A DNA stretch of 64,000 nt, taken from NCBI GenBank assembly GCA_003427395.1, contig BFEA01000013.1, positions 1,634,755 to 1,698,754 of the forward strand, read 5' to 3'. This DNA is from Chara braunii. Lineage: Eukaryota > Plantae > Charophyceae. Shown here piece by piece: positions 37,020-49,154 of this stretch. How positions within the stretch are numbered: position 1 is the stretch's first letter; each line of letters opens with the position of its first letter. The translations under genes were made by a program, and so were the position numbers. The notes beneath the pieces are model-generated. The model worked only from the letters and a program-made list of their open reading frames with translations, made no database searches and was not told the DNA's origin.

Positions 37020-37721
37020 GACGACGATAGATTGTTTTTTTGTGCTAGAACCCTCGACAATTTGTGGAATCCCGATATTGATGTTTTAAAGCACAAGTAC
37101 ATGGGCACCTGGTATGCGGGCCTGACACCTCAAATTCTGGAGGCACAAAACTAAAGCGCGACCGCCGGCGGGCCCAGCGTTTGACGTTTCGGCCTCGTTT
37201 TCTTGTGGCGACAAGTTTCGGACTGCAAGGCTGGGGCCGTGTGCTTGTGGTTTTAGTCATGGACTCTTTTTAACCCCTGTTGGAAGTGGGGCACCCGTGG
37301 GCAACACGGAAAATGGAACATGACAGCAAGGCAACGACTCAGCGAAGCACCAGGCAATGCTAACGGGCCAGTCCAGCCCAACTACACAATGCCAAAATCA
37401 ACTGCATGGAACAACAGTGCAAGCGGACAAGCAGCAAGCCAAATACACCGCGACACACAAGGAGACGCTGGCACAGCAGCCGAACTACTCAGCACACAAG
37501 CAAAATGCCTGGGGCACACGGATGGGCAGCAACGCACTGAGCCACAAAGCAACACCGATAAGACAACCAAGCTACACGGCAAACAGACAAGTAGCAGGGA
37601 AAGGCCTGGCAAGTGGGTGGGCAGCAAGGCAGTCCACACATTCAACACGGACCAAAGAATCCATCACCTACTCACACCACAAATTGAACCCCGCAGACTG
37701 TTTGTTCTCACCACCTGCTGA
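37020..37721 (-). mobile_element. Hammerhead repeat family 2, copy with catalytic core deleted
   Basis: Aligns with 38660-39190; retains stem III arms (aattgtc/acaatc) and gagg at 37026-37073 but lacks CTGATGA and stem II. Confidence 0.7.
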
Positions 37722-37764
37722 TTCAGAGAGCCACTTGGACGAACATATGTTATAACTCACATAT

Positions 37765-37824
37765 TTAGCATGGCCCCTGCACAAGGATGACATGCATAAA
37801 TAGAGAAAAATAGAGAAATGATCC
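37765..37824 (+). pseudogene. U6 snRNA 3'-half fragment
   Basis: ttagcatggcccctgcacaaggatgacatgcataaatagagaaa..tgatcc versus plant U6 UUAGCAUGGCCCCUGCGCAAGGAUGACACGCAUAAAUCGAGAAAUGGUCC. Confidence 0.88.
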
Positions 37825-38598
37825 GAAAAAAAGAAAAGTTTCCAACTTCCATATCTGAGACCAGGGGGACCCTGATCTTGTTCCATATCCAGTACAAGTG
37901 GCATCCGCTTACCGCCCTTCCTTCTTCCCCAGGGATTCTCGACTTCGTGTCGAGCGCGACCGGCCATGGCCCGAGGCGTGATAGTGTTCTTGTGAAGCTC
38001 TGCACCACTCAAGCCCATAGGAACGCCTTCCTCTTGTTTTTTTTCTGTATGTCACCCTCTTCCTAAGCCACCAACCCGAGGACGTGCTCACCACTGATGC
38101 ACCCACTTGAATTTGTGTCTCCTATTTCCCCTTGGTTTCATGTGGATAGACAATACATAGAAAAGAAAAAAGAAAGAAGAAGGGGGATGCATGATAGATC
38201 AATGTGGGTCCTTGGGTCTGCAGTTGATGGGTGAGCACCAGGTTGCAGTAGGGGAAGGAAGGAGAGGGAAGGGCCATCGAGGTGGGAATATTTCTGTGCA
38301 TGCACCCTCTGCAAGCTGGGAATCAGCTCTTTACGTAACAATTAGTGGAAATTGTGGACGCAATATTGAATTATTGTGGGCATGCATCTCGAGCCACCTA
38401 CCTTCCAAGTGTGTGAGTGAGCGAGCAAAGAATGTTCACTACTGACACTAGCAAGTTATGAAGCCACATGTATACCAAGCAGACAACATACAAGCACACA
38501 CTAAACAGACCAAGCAGACGACACACAAGCACACCAAACAGACGAAACACAGTCACGCAAGCACACCAAACAGACAAACTAGAGAAAATACGCATCCC

Positions 38599-38632
<34 letters not shown>

Positions 38633-38659
38633 CTGAAAAAAATAAAAAGTTAAAAACTA

Positions 38660-39190
38660 ATGATGATAGATAGTTTCGTTGGAGTTGCACAAACTCATCA
38701 GGAGGATGAACCTTCGACAATCTGCAGAATCCCCGCAGTGATGGTCTGGGTCGTACCCTTTGACCCTTGTTGAAGGCAGACTGTCCACATGCGGAACACA
38801 GCAGCAGGTAACAACTCAGTGAAGCACCAGGCAACGCTGCTGGAGCAACCCAACTGCACAACGCCAAAAACAAATGCAAGGAATCACAGGCCAAGCGTAG
38901 GAGCAGCACGGCAACAGCGCCAACACAGCAGCCACACCACGCGGCACACAAGTAAGCAAGGAAAGGCAGCAGTGGAGCAAAGCACAGGGCGAACACTAAA
39001 ACTGCAACCACACCACACAGTGAACACAGCAGCTTACAAAGGACGACATGCAATGCAAGCGGGACGGGCAGCAAGGCAGCAGTGGAGCGCAGACAAGGCA
39101 GTCTACACATCCAACACGGAGCAAAGCAGCACATCACCTACTCACATCGTGATTGAACCCCGCAGACTGTTGGTTCCCACCACCTGCTGA
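38660..39190 (-). mobile_element. Hammerhead repeat family 2 copy
   Basis: Homologous to 37020-37721; carries the hammerhead at 38668-38725. Confidence 0.75.
38668..38725 (-). ncRNA. Type III hammerhead ribozyme, family 2 variant (GUC site, single mismatches in stems)
   Basis: Reverse complement: gcagattgtc gaag gttcat cctc CTGATGA gtttg tgcaact ccaac GAA actatct. Confidence 0.78.
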
Positions 39191-40464
39191 GCCAGGGAGG
39201 TACTGCGACGGATGTCTATTATCCACCCACAGGCCATACGCACCACAGACATCACAGAGTGTCCATATAAGCAATCTGAAGTAATCATTCGTTTTTCATG
39301 TTGTATTGTATGTTCTCGTTTTGTTGATGGGCCCCCTGACACACAAATCATATCACCCCCCTGACATGAACTACATTATTCATCCTTCACGTCTGCTTAA
39401 CGACGACCTTTTTACAAAAAGAATTGTTATAAACAACGATACACTCAGAAACATAGAAGTTGATAGAACATGCCAAACTCTACAGTACAGTATGCCCAGC
39501 AAACTGCCCGCCCACCATCCCACACCTCACAACCTTTGGTTCAGATCCATGCATTCACACAGTTATGAATATGCCTTTTTTTTCCTTTTTTTCATAATTT
39601 AGTCTTGCATAACAGTTACAGTTACCTACCTATACACAGAGCACAACTTTCTAATGCGTATTCATATCTCTCAGAACATCCTCACAAAAGTAGAACTCGA
39701 ACACACGTGCATATAGGCCTAGGCCCCCACAAACTTCAGGCAACCCATCCCGCCTAACTACCTTCGGTACATACAACAGCATTCCCTAGATACACCTCAA
39801 TGTATACACATATAGCAGCACAACGCACTATACCTTTCCAGCCAACCACTATATGAGTTCCCCCTTGTGTTCTCACAAACAACTCCAGGCTCAAAGAGAC
39901 TGTAATGCCCCCAGGCTTTGTCCACCCACCATGACCCACCTGACACCCGTTAGCTGTACTCCTGTGCACCCCTTCAAGGACCAGTACACCCGGGACTCGT
40001 TTTGCCGTGGCGGATTTGCAGTGCGCCCCAAGCTTTGCCGAATCCCCGGTGGCACACTTTTTCTTCTTGGCTAGTGCCGCCAGCCATTGTGGTCCAGTAG
40101 CCCTGAGCCCCTGAAATTTCTGGATTGTCATGATTTCAATTCTCAAGCTCACCTGGGCGATGTACTGGTGGTTTCAGTCTCCTTCCTAGATAACTAATCC
40201 AACCTCCGAAAATACTATCAGTCCCTCCCACTCTTACCCACTACATCGAGATATCACCTGCCCCCTAATACTGCCACCCCACCCACCCCGTCTAATACCC
40301 CACATATCCCATACCTCTCCCCCTACCCTTGTCTTGGCAACCCTCGAGTCTCACTGCTCCCAACTTGCATTACTCTCTGCAATGCTTTAGTCTTTGCAAT
40401 CCTAAAGCAGCAAGGGACTTCAATAAGCAGTAACGATGCCACTGCGCATCATGAAGCTCTGTTT

Positions 40465-40543
40465 GCCGCTTTTTGGCTAAGTAAGATCGGGTCGTTTCTG
40501 TTCTGATCAATTTAATATCTAATCCGTGGTCCACTGGGGCCAT
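40465..40543 (+). pseudogene. U2 snRNA 5' fragment (degenerate)
   Basis: ttttggctaag...tctgttctgatcaatttaatatctaat.cgtggtcca versus U2 UUUUGGCUAAG...UCUGUUCUUAUCAGUUUAAUAUCUGAU. Confidence 0.82.
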
Positions 40544-40949
40544 TTATTAAAAAAATAGAGGCCTTGTCATGCTGCCAAGTCCTTACCTCTGCGCATGACA
40601 TCACCACTGAGTGGCCTGGCACATTCGCGTGTTGCAGATTGCCTACATTTCTCCTCGTCTTAGGGTTTCTGCCACCATCACCTGGAAGCCTTCCACCCTG
40701 CGGTCGCTATCGCCCTTCTCGCAACACAGACCCTTGGTCTCAGTCACCCCCTCATTGAGGTTGAACGCTGATAAGCCCCCTCCCTGGGCTGTGTATCAGC
40801 TTAGATAGCCTATGCAGCGGGTGTGGCTGCAAAATCGAGGTTGAAGACATCAACAGCTTCACGGTGGGTCTCCTCCCTCAACTTCTTCATCCCTCCCCCC
40901 CCCCCCCCCCCCCTTTCTCTCTCTCTCTCTCTCTCTTTGTGTTGTGTGT

Positions 40950-41033
<84 letters not shown>

Positions 41034-41054
41034 TGTGTGTGTGGGGGGTGGGGC

Positions 41055-41092
41055 CTGTCTCTTATACACATCTAGATGTGTATAAGAGACAG
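41055..41092. other. Illumina Nextera mate-pair junction adapter (two head-to-head Tn5 mosaic ends); assembly artefact
   Basis: Exact CTGTCTCTTATACACATCT+AGATGTGTATAAGAGACAG. Confidence 0.99.
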
Positions 41093-41109
41093 GGCCCCGG
41101 CAACTTTGC

Positions 41110-41191
<82 letters not shown>

Positions 41192-42345
41192 TGTGTGTGT
41201 GGGGGGTGGGGCGGGGCGGCCAGAGGACTACCGTCTTACAAATGGCGACTATGTCGTTCATCTCTCTCATCTCTCTTAAATCACCAGTACTTATCCCAGC
41301 TATGTCGCCAATACTCTTAAAGCAAGGAGCGGCTCTCGCGTGACTGTCCCACGCAAGCCCCCGATTCCTGTGTTGGAAACGCACGGGACCGAACTGACAG
41401 GCCCACCGGGGAGGCCGAATCACGGGAAACCCCGACTCCTGTGGCGCTCACCCGAAAACAAGCGGGCTGGGCCCAACCAAAACTCGGCTTGTGACCGACG
41501 ACGGGAAGTTTGTAGAATGGCGGTCCGTCGGCGGGTGCGAAGCAGGTCCGACGCACGGCACCAGGAGATCGGTAGAGTGGCAGGCCCGCATACGTGCAGA
41601 GGCTTGCGACGGGTAGGACGAGTGGGAGGAGGTGCAGGAGGAGGAGGAGAAGCGGGAAAAGGAGCGAGTGGAGGGGTGGGAGAAGGAGCAAGGAGGAGGA
41701 ACAGGGGGAAGAGCAGGAGAAGCAGCGGGAGAAGGAGGAGCTGGGGGAGAGGGAGGAGCAGCAGGAGGGGAGCGGGAGAAGGAGAGGGAGGAGGAGTGGG
41801 AGGCGGAGCAGGAGAAGGATCGGGAGTGGGAGGAGGACGAAGTTGTGCTGGAGGAGCAGCGAGAGGTCAGTCTCTCTCTTTCTCTCTTTGTGGATAGCCA
41901 CGTGGTGGGCCGTTTTTCATCTTTCGTAGGAGATGGCTATGGCATGCTTTTTGTCACGTTGTTTCGTGGAGGAGCAGGAGGAGCGGGAGGAGTGGGAGGA
42001 GTGGGAGAGGGGATGGGAGGAGGAGCGGGAGGAGTAGTAGTAGGAGAAGAAGCAAGAGGAGCGGAAGGGGAAGCGGGGAGGGGGCGGGAGGAGGAGGAGC
42101 AGGAGAAGAAGCAGGAGGAGGAGCGGGAGGAGGAGCGGGAAGGGGGTTAGGAGCGGGAGGAGTGCGAGGGGAAACAGGAAGGGGGAGGAGGCGCAGGAGG
42201 AGGAGGGGGAGGAGCGGGAGGAGAAGCGAGAGGGGAAACGAGGAGGGGGTTAACGAACGTGTGGGAGGCGGGTAGTGAAAGCAGGAGGAGGGAAGGGAGG
42301 AAAAGGGTGGGGGGTTGAGGGGTGGACGGGGACCGACTTTGTCTG

Positions 42346-42420
<75 letters not shown>

Positions 42421-42441
42421 CGATCAATCAATCAATCAATC

Positions 42442-42479
<38 letters not shown>

Positions 42480-42573
42480 TCAATTGATAAATTGATTGAT
42501 TGGTTAATTGATTTTTCGTTTTCTGTTTGGAAAAATTGGGCGGGTGGAGGGTTGACCGGAGTGCGGGAGTGGG

Positions 42574-42605
<32 letters not shown>

Positions 42606-43984
42606 CTGATCGATTAAAAAAAAAAAAAAAAACAGATCGCCTCGTTCCCCATTTTTGTTTTTGGTTTTCAATCTATCAATCAATTAATCAACCAATCGAT
42701 TGATTAATTGATTGATCGGGGGGGGAAAAAGGAGAAGGCGACGGGAGAAGCAGCGGGACAAGGAGCGGGAGGAGAAGCGGGAGGAGATCCGGTGTCGGGC
42801 GGCTCCAGCCTTACGACGACCTTTAACTCCTTGAGAAAAGCACTTGGCGAGGTGAGGACCGGGTCTGATCACTACAGCCAATTCGGGCAAGACTAAATGG
42901 GAAGACATCGGAGTCGAAACGCTGGGGGACGAAATCGACTAAACCAGTGGGAGGTATTTATGAAGGCACCTATTTTTTTTTATGGCCAGAGAATATTTAA
43001 AACTTACGATAAAGGAGAAAAACCCGGAGACGTCGCGCAAGTGACGGGACGAAGAGATGACGACTCATGCCAAAGCTTGGGACTGATGAGTGAGACAAGG
43101 AGAATTCCGGCTCCCGCGGTGAGTGTCTGGGTAAATGAAGGACCGATGCCACAAAGAATTAATGGACGGACGAAGCTCGAGGAAAATACTAAGGTGGCAG
43201 CGATTGAGCTATCGACAATCGAGGCCATGAGTGGGGCATTTGGAAAAAAACTTCAGGCTTGGAACTGAAAATCGGGCTCGGAAAGAGAGGGTCGGTACCA
43301 GGCCTCTACATTTTTCCGACATCAGGGTGTAGCTGGTTTTCACTTGTGACTTTACGGGACCAAAACGGGCTCGTTACTAGGGTCGAGCGTGGCCTCGGTA
43401 CCAGGGCGCTGCAAGATTCTCGATAATCGACGCTATGGCTTCCTTGGTGCAATACGTGATTTTTTCGGGCCCAAATGGGCTCGGGACTAGGTTCGGGCGC
43501 AACCTCGGTATTGGGGCGCTGCAAACCTCCCGACAACTGCCAATGCTTCGAGGCACCGAAGTGCTGAGGCCGACATCGTGTTGGGCCCAACAAACTTTAT
43601 ACGCCCAATAGGGCCCTAGAGCTGGGTACTTTGGACTTGCGCACGTGCTGGCACATAAGGTGTGCTGGTCTAAGTACGCTCGAAGATAGAAGAGGACATG
43701 TACAGGTCGACGAACGGGTACTTTGGGCATTAGAGTACGTGGTCAGGAGAAAGGGGAGGTGAGTGGTGCACAAAAAGACGTTGGGGAGTGAGTAGACAAA
43801 CGTGGGAGCACACACACACGGGCACACGGGCGTTCACACGCACGAGTGCACGGGTATTCACACACACCCTGTTGCACGGATGGGCACATGCATGTTGTTG
43901 CACGAGCACACACACACGCGAGCACACATACTTTCACACGCGCGAGCACACACGCTGTTGCACGGCCGTACACATGCTGTTGCA

Positions 43985-44175
43985 AGGACGCACACACGCA
44001 CACAGTCGCACGAAGGGAACTCACGCACACAGTCTCACAAAAGGCACACACACGCAGTCGCACGAAAGGTACACGCACGAAGGGCACACACGCACTCAGT
44101 CGCACGAAGGGCACACACGCACTTAGTCGCACGAAGGGCACACACGCACACAGTCGCACGAAGGGCACACATGCA
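43985..44175. repeat. ~27-bp minisatellite (cacacgcacacagtcgcacgaagggca)
   Basis: About 6-7 units visible. Confidence 0.85.
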
Positions 44176-45155
44176 CAACTGCACAAACGCACATTCGTAC
44201 ATCGTGTGAAAACAGGCGAGCAGTTGCGTGAAGCTAGGTGAAACCACGAGGAGTCACGTGGGCGATCGAAAGGGGGGTTACACGCACAAGCGAGCAGTCG
44301 CGCCGAACCACACGAGCCACCGTATGTCGGGCCATACATATTTACATGAAAACTAGGAAGAGTTGCGCAATGTTGCCAGTTGTGCACTAAGTCGTGCACA
44401 CTCGCGCCGAGAGTTGGGGAGATCGCACATAGTGCGCCCAACTTGCTTCATCATCATCTTCATCGCCCGTGGGAAGGGTGTGCACATGCTCGCAGATCAA
44501 GGGAAAAATCTCGCACGATAGGAGCGATTTTTTGGATCGCGATCCTCAGGATTATGGTCTTCATCTGCGAGATAGCACGCATCCATGTGCAGGTCATCAT
44601 CATCGTAGTCATCAGTTGTGAGTACGTGAAGAATGGGACCATCATTATCATCGCCACCATCCTTCGACGAGAAACTGCGTGCGTAACTGCGTTGGAGTTA
44701 AAAGATCACTTAAATAGAACTTTGTCGCGAGCGATGAGCTGACATATCAAGCAGCCGAGCTAGATCGCATCAGCGAGCGAGCTGAATGCCATCGCTAGCC
44801 GAAGATCGACATTCCGAACAACATCGAACTCCAAAGGATGAGCAAATTTGCGCACACAGATTTGCGCACAACTAGACTTCATCAAGTGATCCAGACGAAT
44901 TTGTCCGCACACCAGGATTCGACTTGCTTGTAATTTGTGTGCACATTGTATAAAGGTAAAAATAAACAAGTACTCGTTATAATCAGTCGGACTTCTGAAA
45001 CGGGATATTGCGCTAATTGGTTCGTACAAACAAGAATAAGGATCTCGCGCTAATCTGCGAGTGTATCAGAAATGAGATCTCGAGCTAATTTGCGCCCACA
45101 TTGTATCAGAAACGGAATCTGTGGCGTCTCAGGATCATGATCCCTTTGCTAAACC

Positions 45156-47938
45156 AATCATAGACTGACATCGAAATCATGCGTGAAACGGGAGAGTAAA
45201 TGCGCGTTGAACAATGATCACCTTTGTCGCCGTTGGCGGAAAAGACCACGCCTATCAGCGCGTGATCATCGAGATCTTCATCATCGTCGTCGACCTTAAC
45301 GAAAAAGTGGGTGCGCAGCCACAACTGATCATAAGGATCATCATCATTAGCATCCTCGTTAGCCCGAAGGTGTGCATTTTTGCGGGAGATCAACAATGGC
45401 ACCAATGCTCGATTCAGGGGAGAGGATGTGTCCAGCAGCGCCCGATCATCCGGGCCATCATCATTATCGCAAGTGAGCAGATCATCATCGCGAGCGGGAT
45501 GGCTGATCATCATGGGGGAGCAGATCATGGTCGCAAGCGGGTTAGTAGATCAGTGCGAGTGAGTAGGGTGTCAGGCGGCACCACCATCGTGAACAGGTTC
45601 ACCATCACACGGGTCTTCAGGAGCGTGCGCTAATCCCCTTGCATACCTACATCGGATCAAGGGGAACCACGAAAATCAACTATGGGGACCCAATCAACGG
45701 GGTCTGGGCTATCGAGCAGATTGCCATGTGTCATGAGCGAGCCATTGCGAGGATTCTTCAACAGATCATCGGTAGGACAAAAAAAATAACTATGTGGAAC
45801 AAAGAACGAGCCTGTCATGAGCGAGCCATTGCGAGGATTGTTCAACAAATCATCGGCAGGACAAAAATAATAACTATGTAGAACAAAGCAAACGAGTCAA
45901 GGCCGAGACTTTTGGGTCGGGCGGGACCAGACAAGGGCCAAAGCAATTAGACCGAACACGGCCAAAGCCGAAGATAATTTAGACCGGGAAGTCTTGGACT
46001 AGGTCGGACCAGGAACAAAAAAATTGTATAGAAGCAGGAATCTACTCGACGAGCGAGAGAGAGATCGGGGCGACCTTTTTTTTGTGCACTATCACACTGG
46101 GATTAAAACTTTCGCGCACAGGGACCAGCACAGGATTTTCTCCAGCCATATTTAGACTTGGATTGGTTTCTTGCGCAGGAGAACGAGACGAATAATTTAT
46201 TTGGAATAATTGGAGTGGACTGGACTTCACTCGAGAGAGGACCGGACAACGGACCTAATCGTAAAAGTAGAGCTTGAGCTCTGACCTCGATGAGCCCACG
46301 ATTCTACTTCGGAGTCAGAGAGCTCTAGCCCGGTCCCTTGGGACCGATGGGCCCGTTACCGACACCACCCTATTGGCCGAATGGTCGGGCCTAGAATGTT
46401 TATGCGATCCGTTGGGACTCCAACGGATTTTTCAGACTCTGGCAATCGACAAGCTTCTTAAACTAGTTGCATCGTCACTTGCCCCATTATTTTCAACCAA
46501 GTAAAAATGTTTTTTTTGTTCCTTCCCACAATTTTCCTTCCTCAATAAGGGTTGTCAGTCTTGTTCATGGTGTTAACTTATTTCTGGTGATACTGGCTAG
46601 GCTGTCTTTTTCCCTACAGGATACAGGAGTCGCGAACAACCCTCCCGTGGGTGACAGACACGAGGCAAATTAAACGGGTGGTTCAGTGTGTCGGCGGACC
46701 CAACCTTCGATCGATAGTGGCGCCGTTGTTTGGGATGGCTGCCTGGTCCGCTAGTAGCTGTAGAGGCGCGGTAGGCTTTAGGAGTGGAAGTTCTGATTAC
46801 AGCTTCAACATGTACCTGGTTGGTTTCTCTTGGTGTTTTTAGGTGTGGCGTTGGACGTGAGCATGCGATAGGCGGTTTCGACCCATCTCGACATCCAATG
46901 AGATTAGTGATTTATGCATTTTGATTTTGCATGCTCTTTTTGCATCGATGCTATCTTCTTTTTCATGCTATGACTGCGATTGAGGGAGACATGTTCTGAT
47001 TTTTCCACCCTGTGGTCAGTCTGTCCGATTGAAACTCGCAAAGAGAAAATTGAGAGCATAGGAAGAATTGAAGAGAAAGAAGGCGAGGGGAGAAGAGCCC
47101 CATAAAAAGGAGTTTGGGAAGGAAACTAGATAAGTTAGTTGATTGAGATGGATAGCTGGGGGGGTTGACTCACTATACGTCTCAGAGTGAGACCATGCCT
47201 GAGTAGAGGCATGGATAGGGGTAAGGTTGCACGAGCGACACCGCCTCTTCATCCACGTGTGACTTCGGTCCACCCTTAGACACATGAGTTGGCCGACTCT
47301 TGTCCAGGTCGCATCAGGGCAGGCAAGCCAGAGGTGATGGTACTCTGGCCAATCCTCCTTCTCGACATGAGGGTAGGGAGAGGTTCGCCAGAGGGTGGTT
47401 TATTACTCGGGCTGTTGACGTTTTGAAGGGTTACAAAATCGGTCGACGGGGGCCTATCATGTGGGTCTGTGACCTCATCAGTCCAAGAGTGGGAACAGGG
47501 GTGAATCGATTTAGAGAGATAGTGGATTGTTTCTTTATCAGGAATGATGTTCATACTGTCAAGAACAAAAGTCCATGTTAGCCGTGGTACGGGTTCACTT
47601 GAGCGAGTAAATTTGCCCCTAGAAGGAAAAAATAAATATAGACGAACTAGAAAACAAGGGCTAATAGTGAGAGAAGGTGTCCAAAGAGCTACGCCATAAG
47701 GGATAAAGGGCATGTGTCATTTGTAGCAGAAGTGAATGTCATGATATATTTGTCGCTAGATTAATGAAAGTTCTTGGTAATAGATATTGCTCGGCTTTGT
47801 CGGACACTGCCAAGCTTGACCGCTTTTAACTACAAATACGGTCCACAACTCTTTAGTGGGTTTTCGGTGAGCACAAACGTTATCGCTCACTATAGGTTTC
47901 ATTATGCTTATGGCTGGGAATCCTCTAGGACCACGACA
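45156..47938. repeat. Block B, diverged direct duplicate of 49155-51957
   Basis: Colinear alignment from gcgcgttgaacaa.gatca to tcctctaggaccacgaca. Confidence 0.92.
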
Positions 47939-49154
47939 ATGAGGACCATTGTTGTACCTAAGTTCCTCGTTAGAACGGTCTTCGGGTGGTGCTAATCATC
48001 ATCAACGATTGGTGACCACGCTACGTAGGGCCTTTCAATTTCGTCCTTCTGTCAATGAGCTTTTTTGGTTGCTTAGCTACTGTTTGGACAAAGACTTGCC
48101 TGGTCGTAGGGAGTTGAGGCGAGTTGAGGCGAGTTGTCTTCAGGATTAGAGCCGAAATAGGTATAGGTTACATATTTGCTATTTCGTCTTTAGGTGTCTG
48201 TGGTATTATAACAGCAGGTTGGTCTAGTGATTCCAAATTTGCTTTTCTAGGAGCACCACGATGTGTTGCTCAAATGGTTTTTATGAAGTTTCTATTGGTT
48301 TTATTATAATTACTATATTAATTTGCGTAGGTTCTTGTAATTTCACATAAATCGTCATAGCACAAAAACAGATATGGTTTGGTATTCCCCTAGCGGTAAG
48401 CGGAGAGATAGATCAACGAAGAATTATGGACGCAGATCCTGTAGAGAACTAGATGATGCGCTATGGTGAAGAATATAGAGTTCAAGTTTGCGAATTCTCT
48501 TACGAAGAACCCGAATTCAGACTAGGTGGAGTTTACTTTGTCTGGGAAATCCGTAGAAAGGTCAAAAAGAGGAAAGGTTGATAGATCCTGGAGATCGATT
48601 GTACTGAGACCCGAAGTTTGGTTACTGGTTGTAGCTTCCGTGGGATTCAAAAGAAACTGCAGGTGAAGAAGGGTGTTAGGAACATCTGCACTAGTTGTTA
48701 AGGGCTATCTTTATTATGAGACTACTACACTCGGTGACGTTTTCCTCAGGTTAGAAAAACAAAGCTACGAGGACCCAGAATTGGGTACTATACCAGGCCT
48801 GGACTCTTTGGACGAACTGATTGTTAAGCCACTAGTATCTCCGAGCCTGTTATTGTCGACCTTGAATTTCATTGCGCTAAGAGTTTGTCGAGCCTGGGTA
48901 CCACTCTATTTTGTTTCTGGTACTATGACGAAAAGAACAAAAAAAAAAAAAAAAAACAAGAAAAGTTGCGTCCGTGAAACTTAGAAAAAAAGGAAAAAAA
49001 AAGAAACTAAGCTTTGACCATGATTGCAATTGTATACATTCTTGGAACTGGGGTAGTGTGAGTGTGCCGTCGATAAAGGCATCTAAGACCCGTGGGCAGG
49101 TTGGAAATTCGAAAAAGATAATAGAAGGGGGGAAAAAAACGGGCACACAGATCC

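Larger units (their letters stand above)
40056..43012. repeat. Block A, diverged direct duplicate of 51979-54682
   Basis: Colinear alignment including the U2-like segment, (CT)n, GGA-rich and (ATCA)n tracts. Confidence 0.92.

Noticed and set aside
39405-39425. U5 loop-like cctttttacaaaaagaat
   Set aside because: Too short and no flanking U5 stem
41055-41092. Horizontal transfer of Tn5
   Set aside because: Exact synthetic mosaic-end junction adapter with no transposase
43083-43110. CTGATGAG motif (also on the reverse strand at ~47473)
   Set aside because: No stem II plus GAAA follows
43376-43530. Helitron 3' terminus candidates (actag plus GC-rich sequence, repeated at 110-bp spacing)
   Set aside because: No convincing subterminal hairpin or shared boundary to support the call
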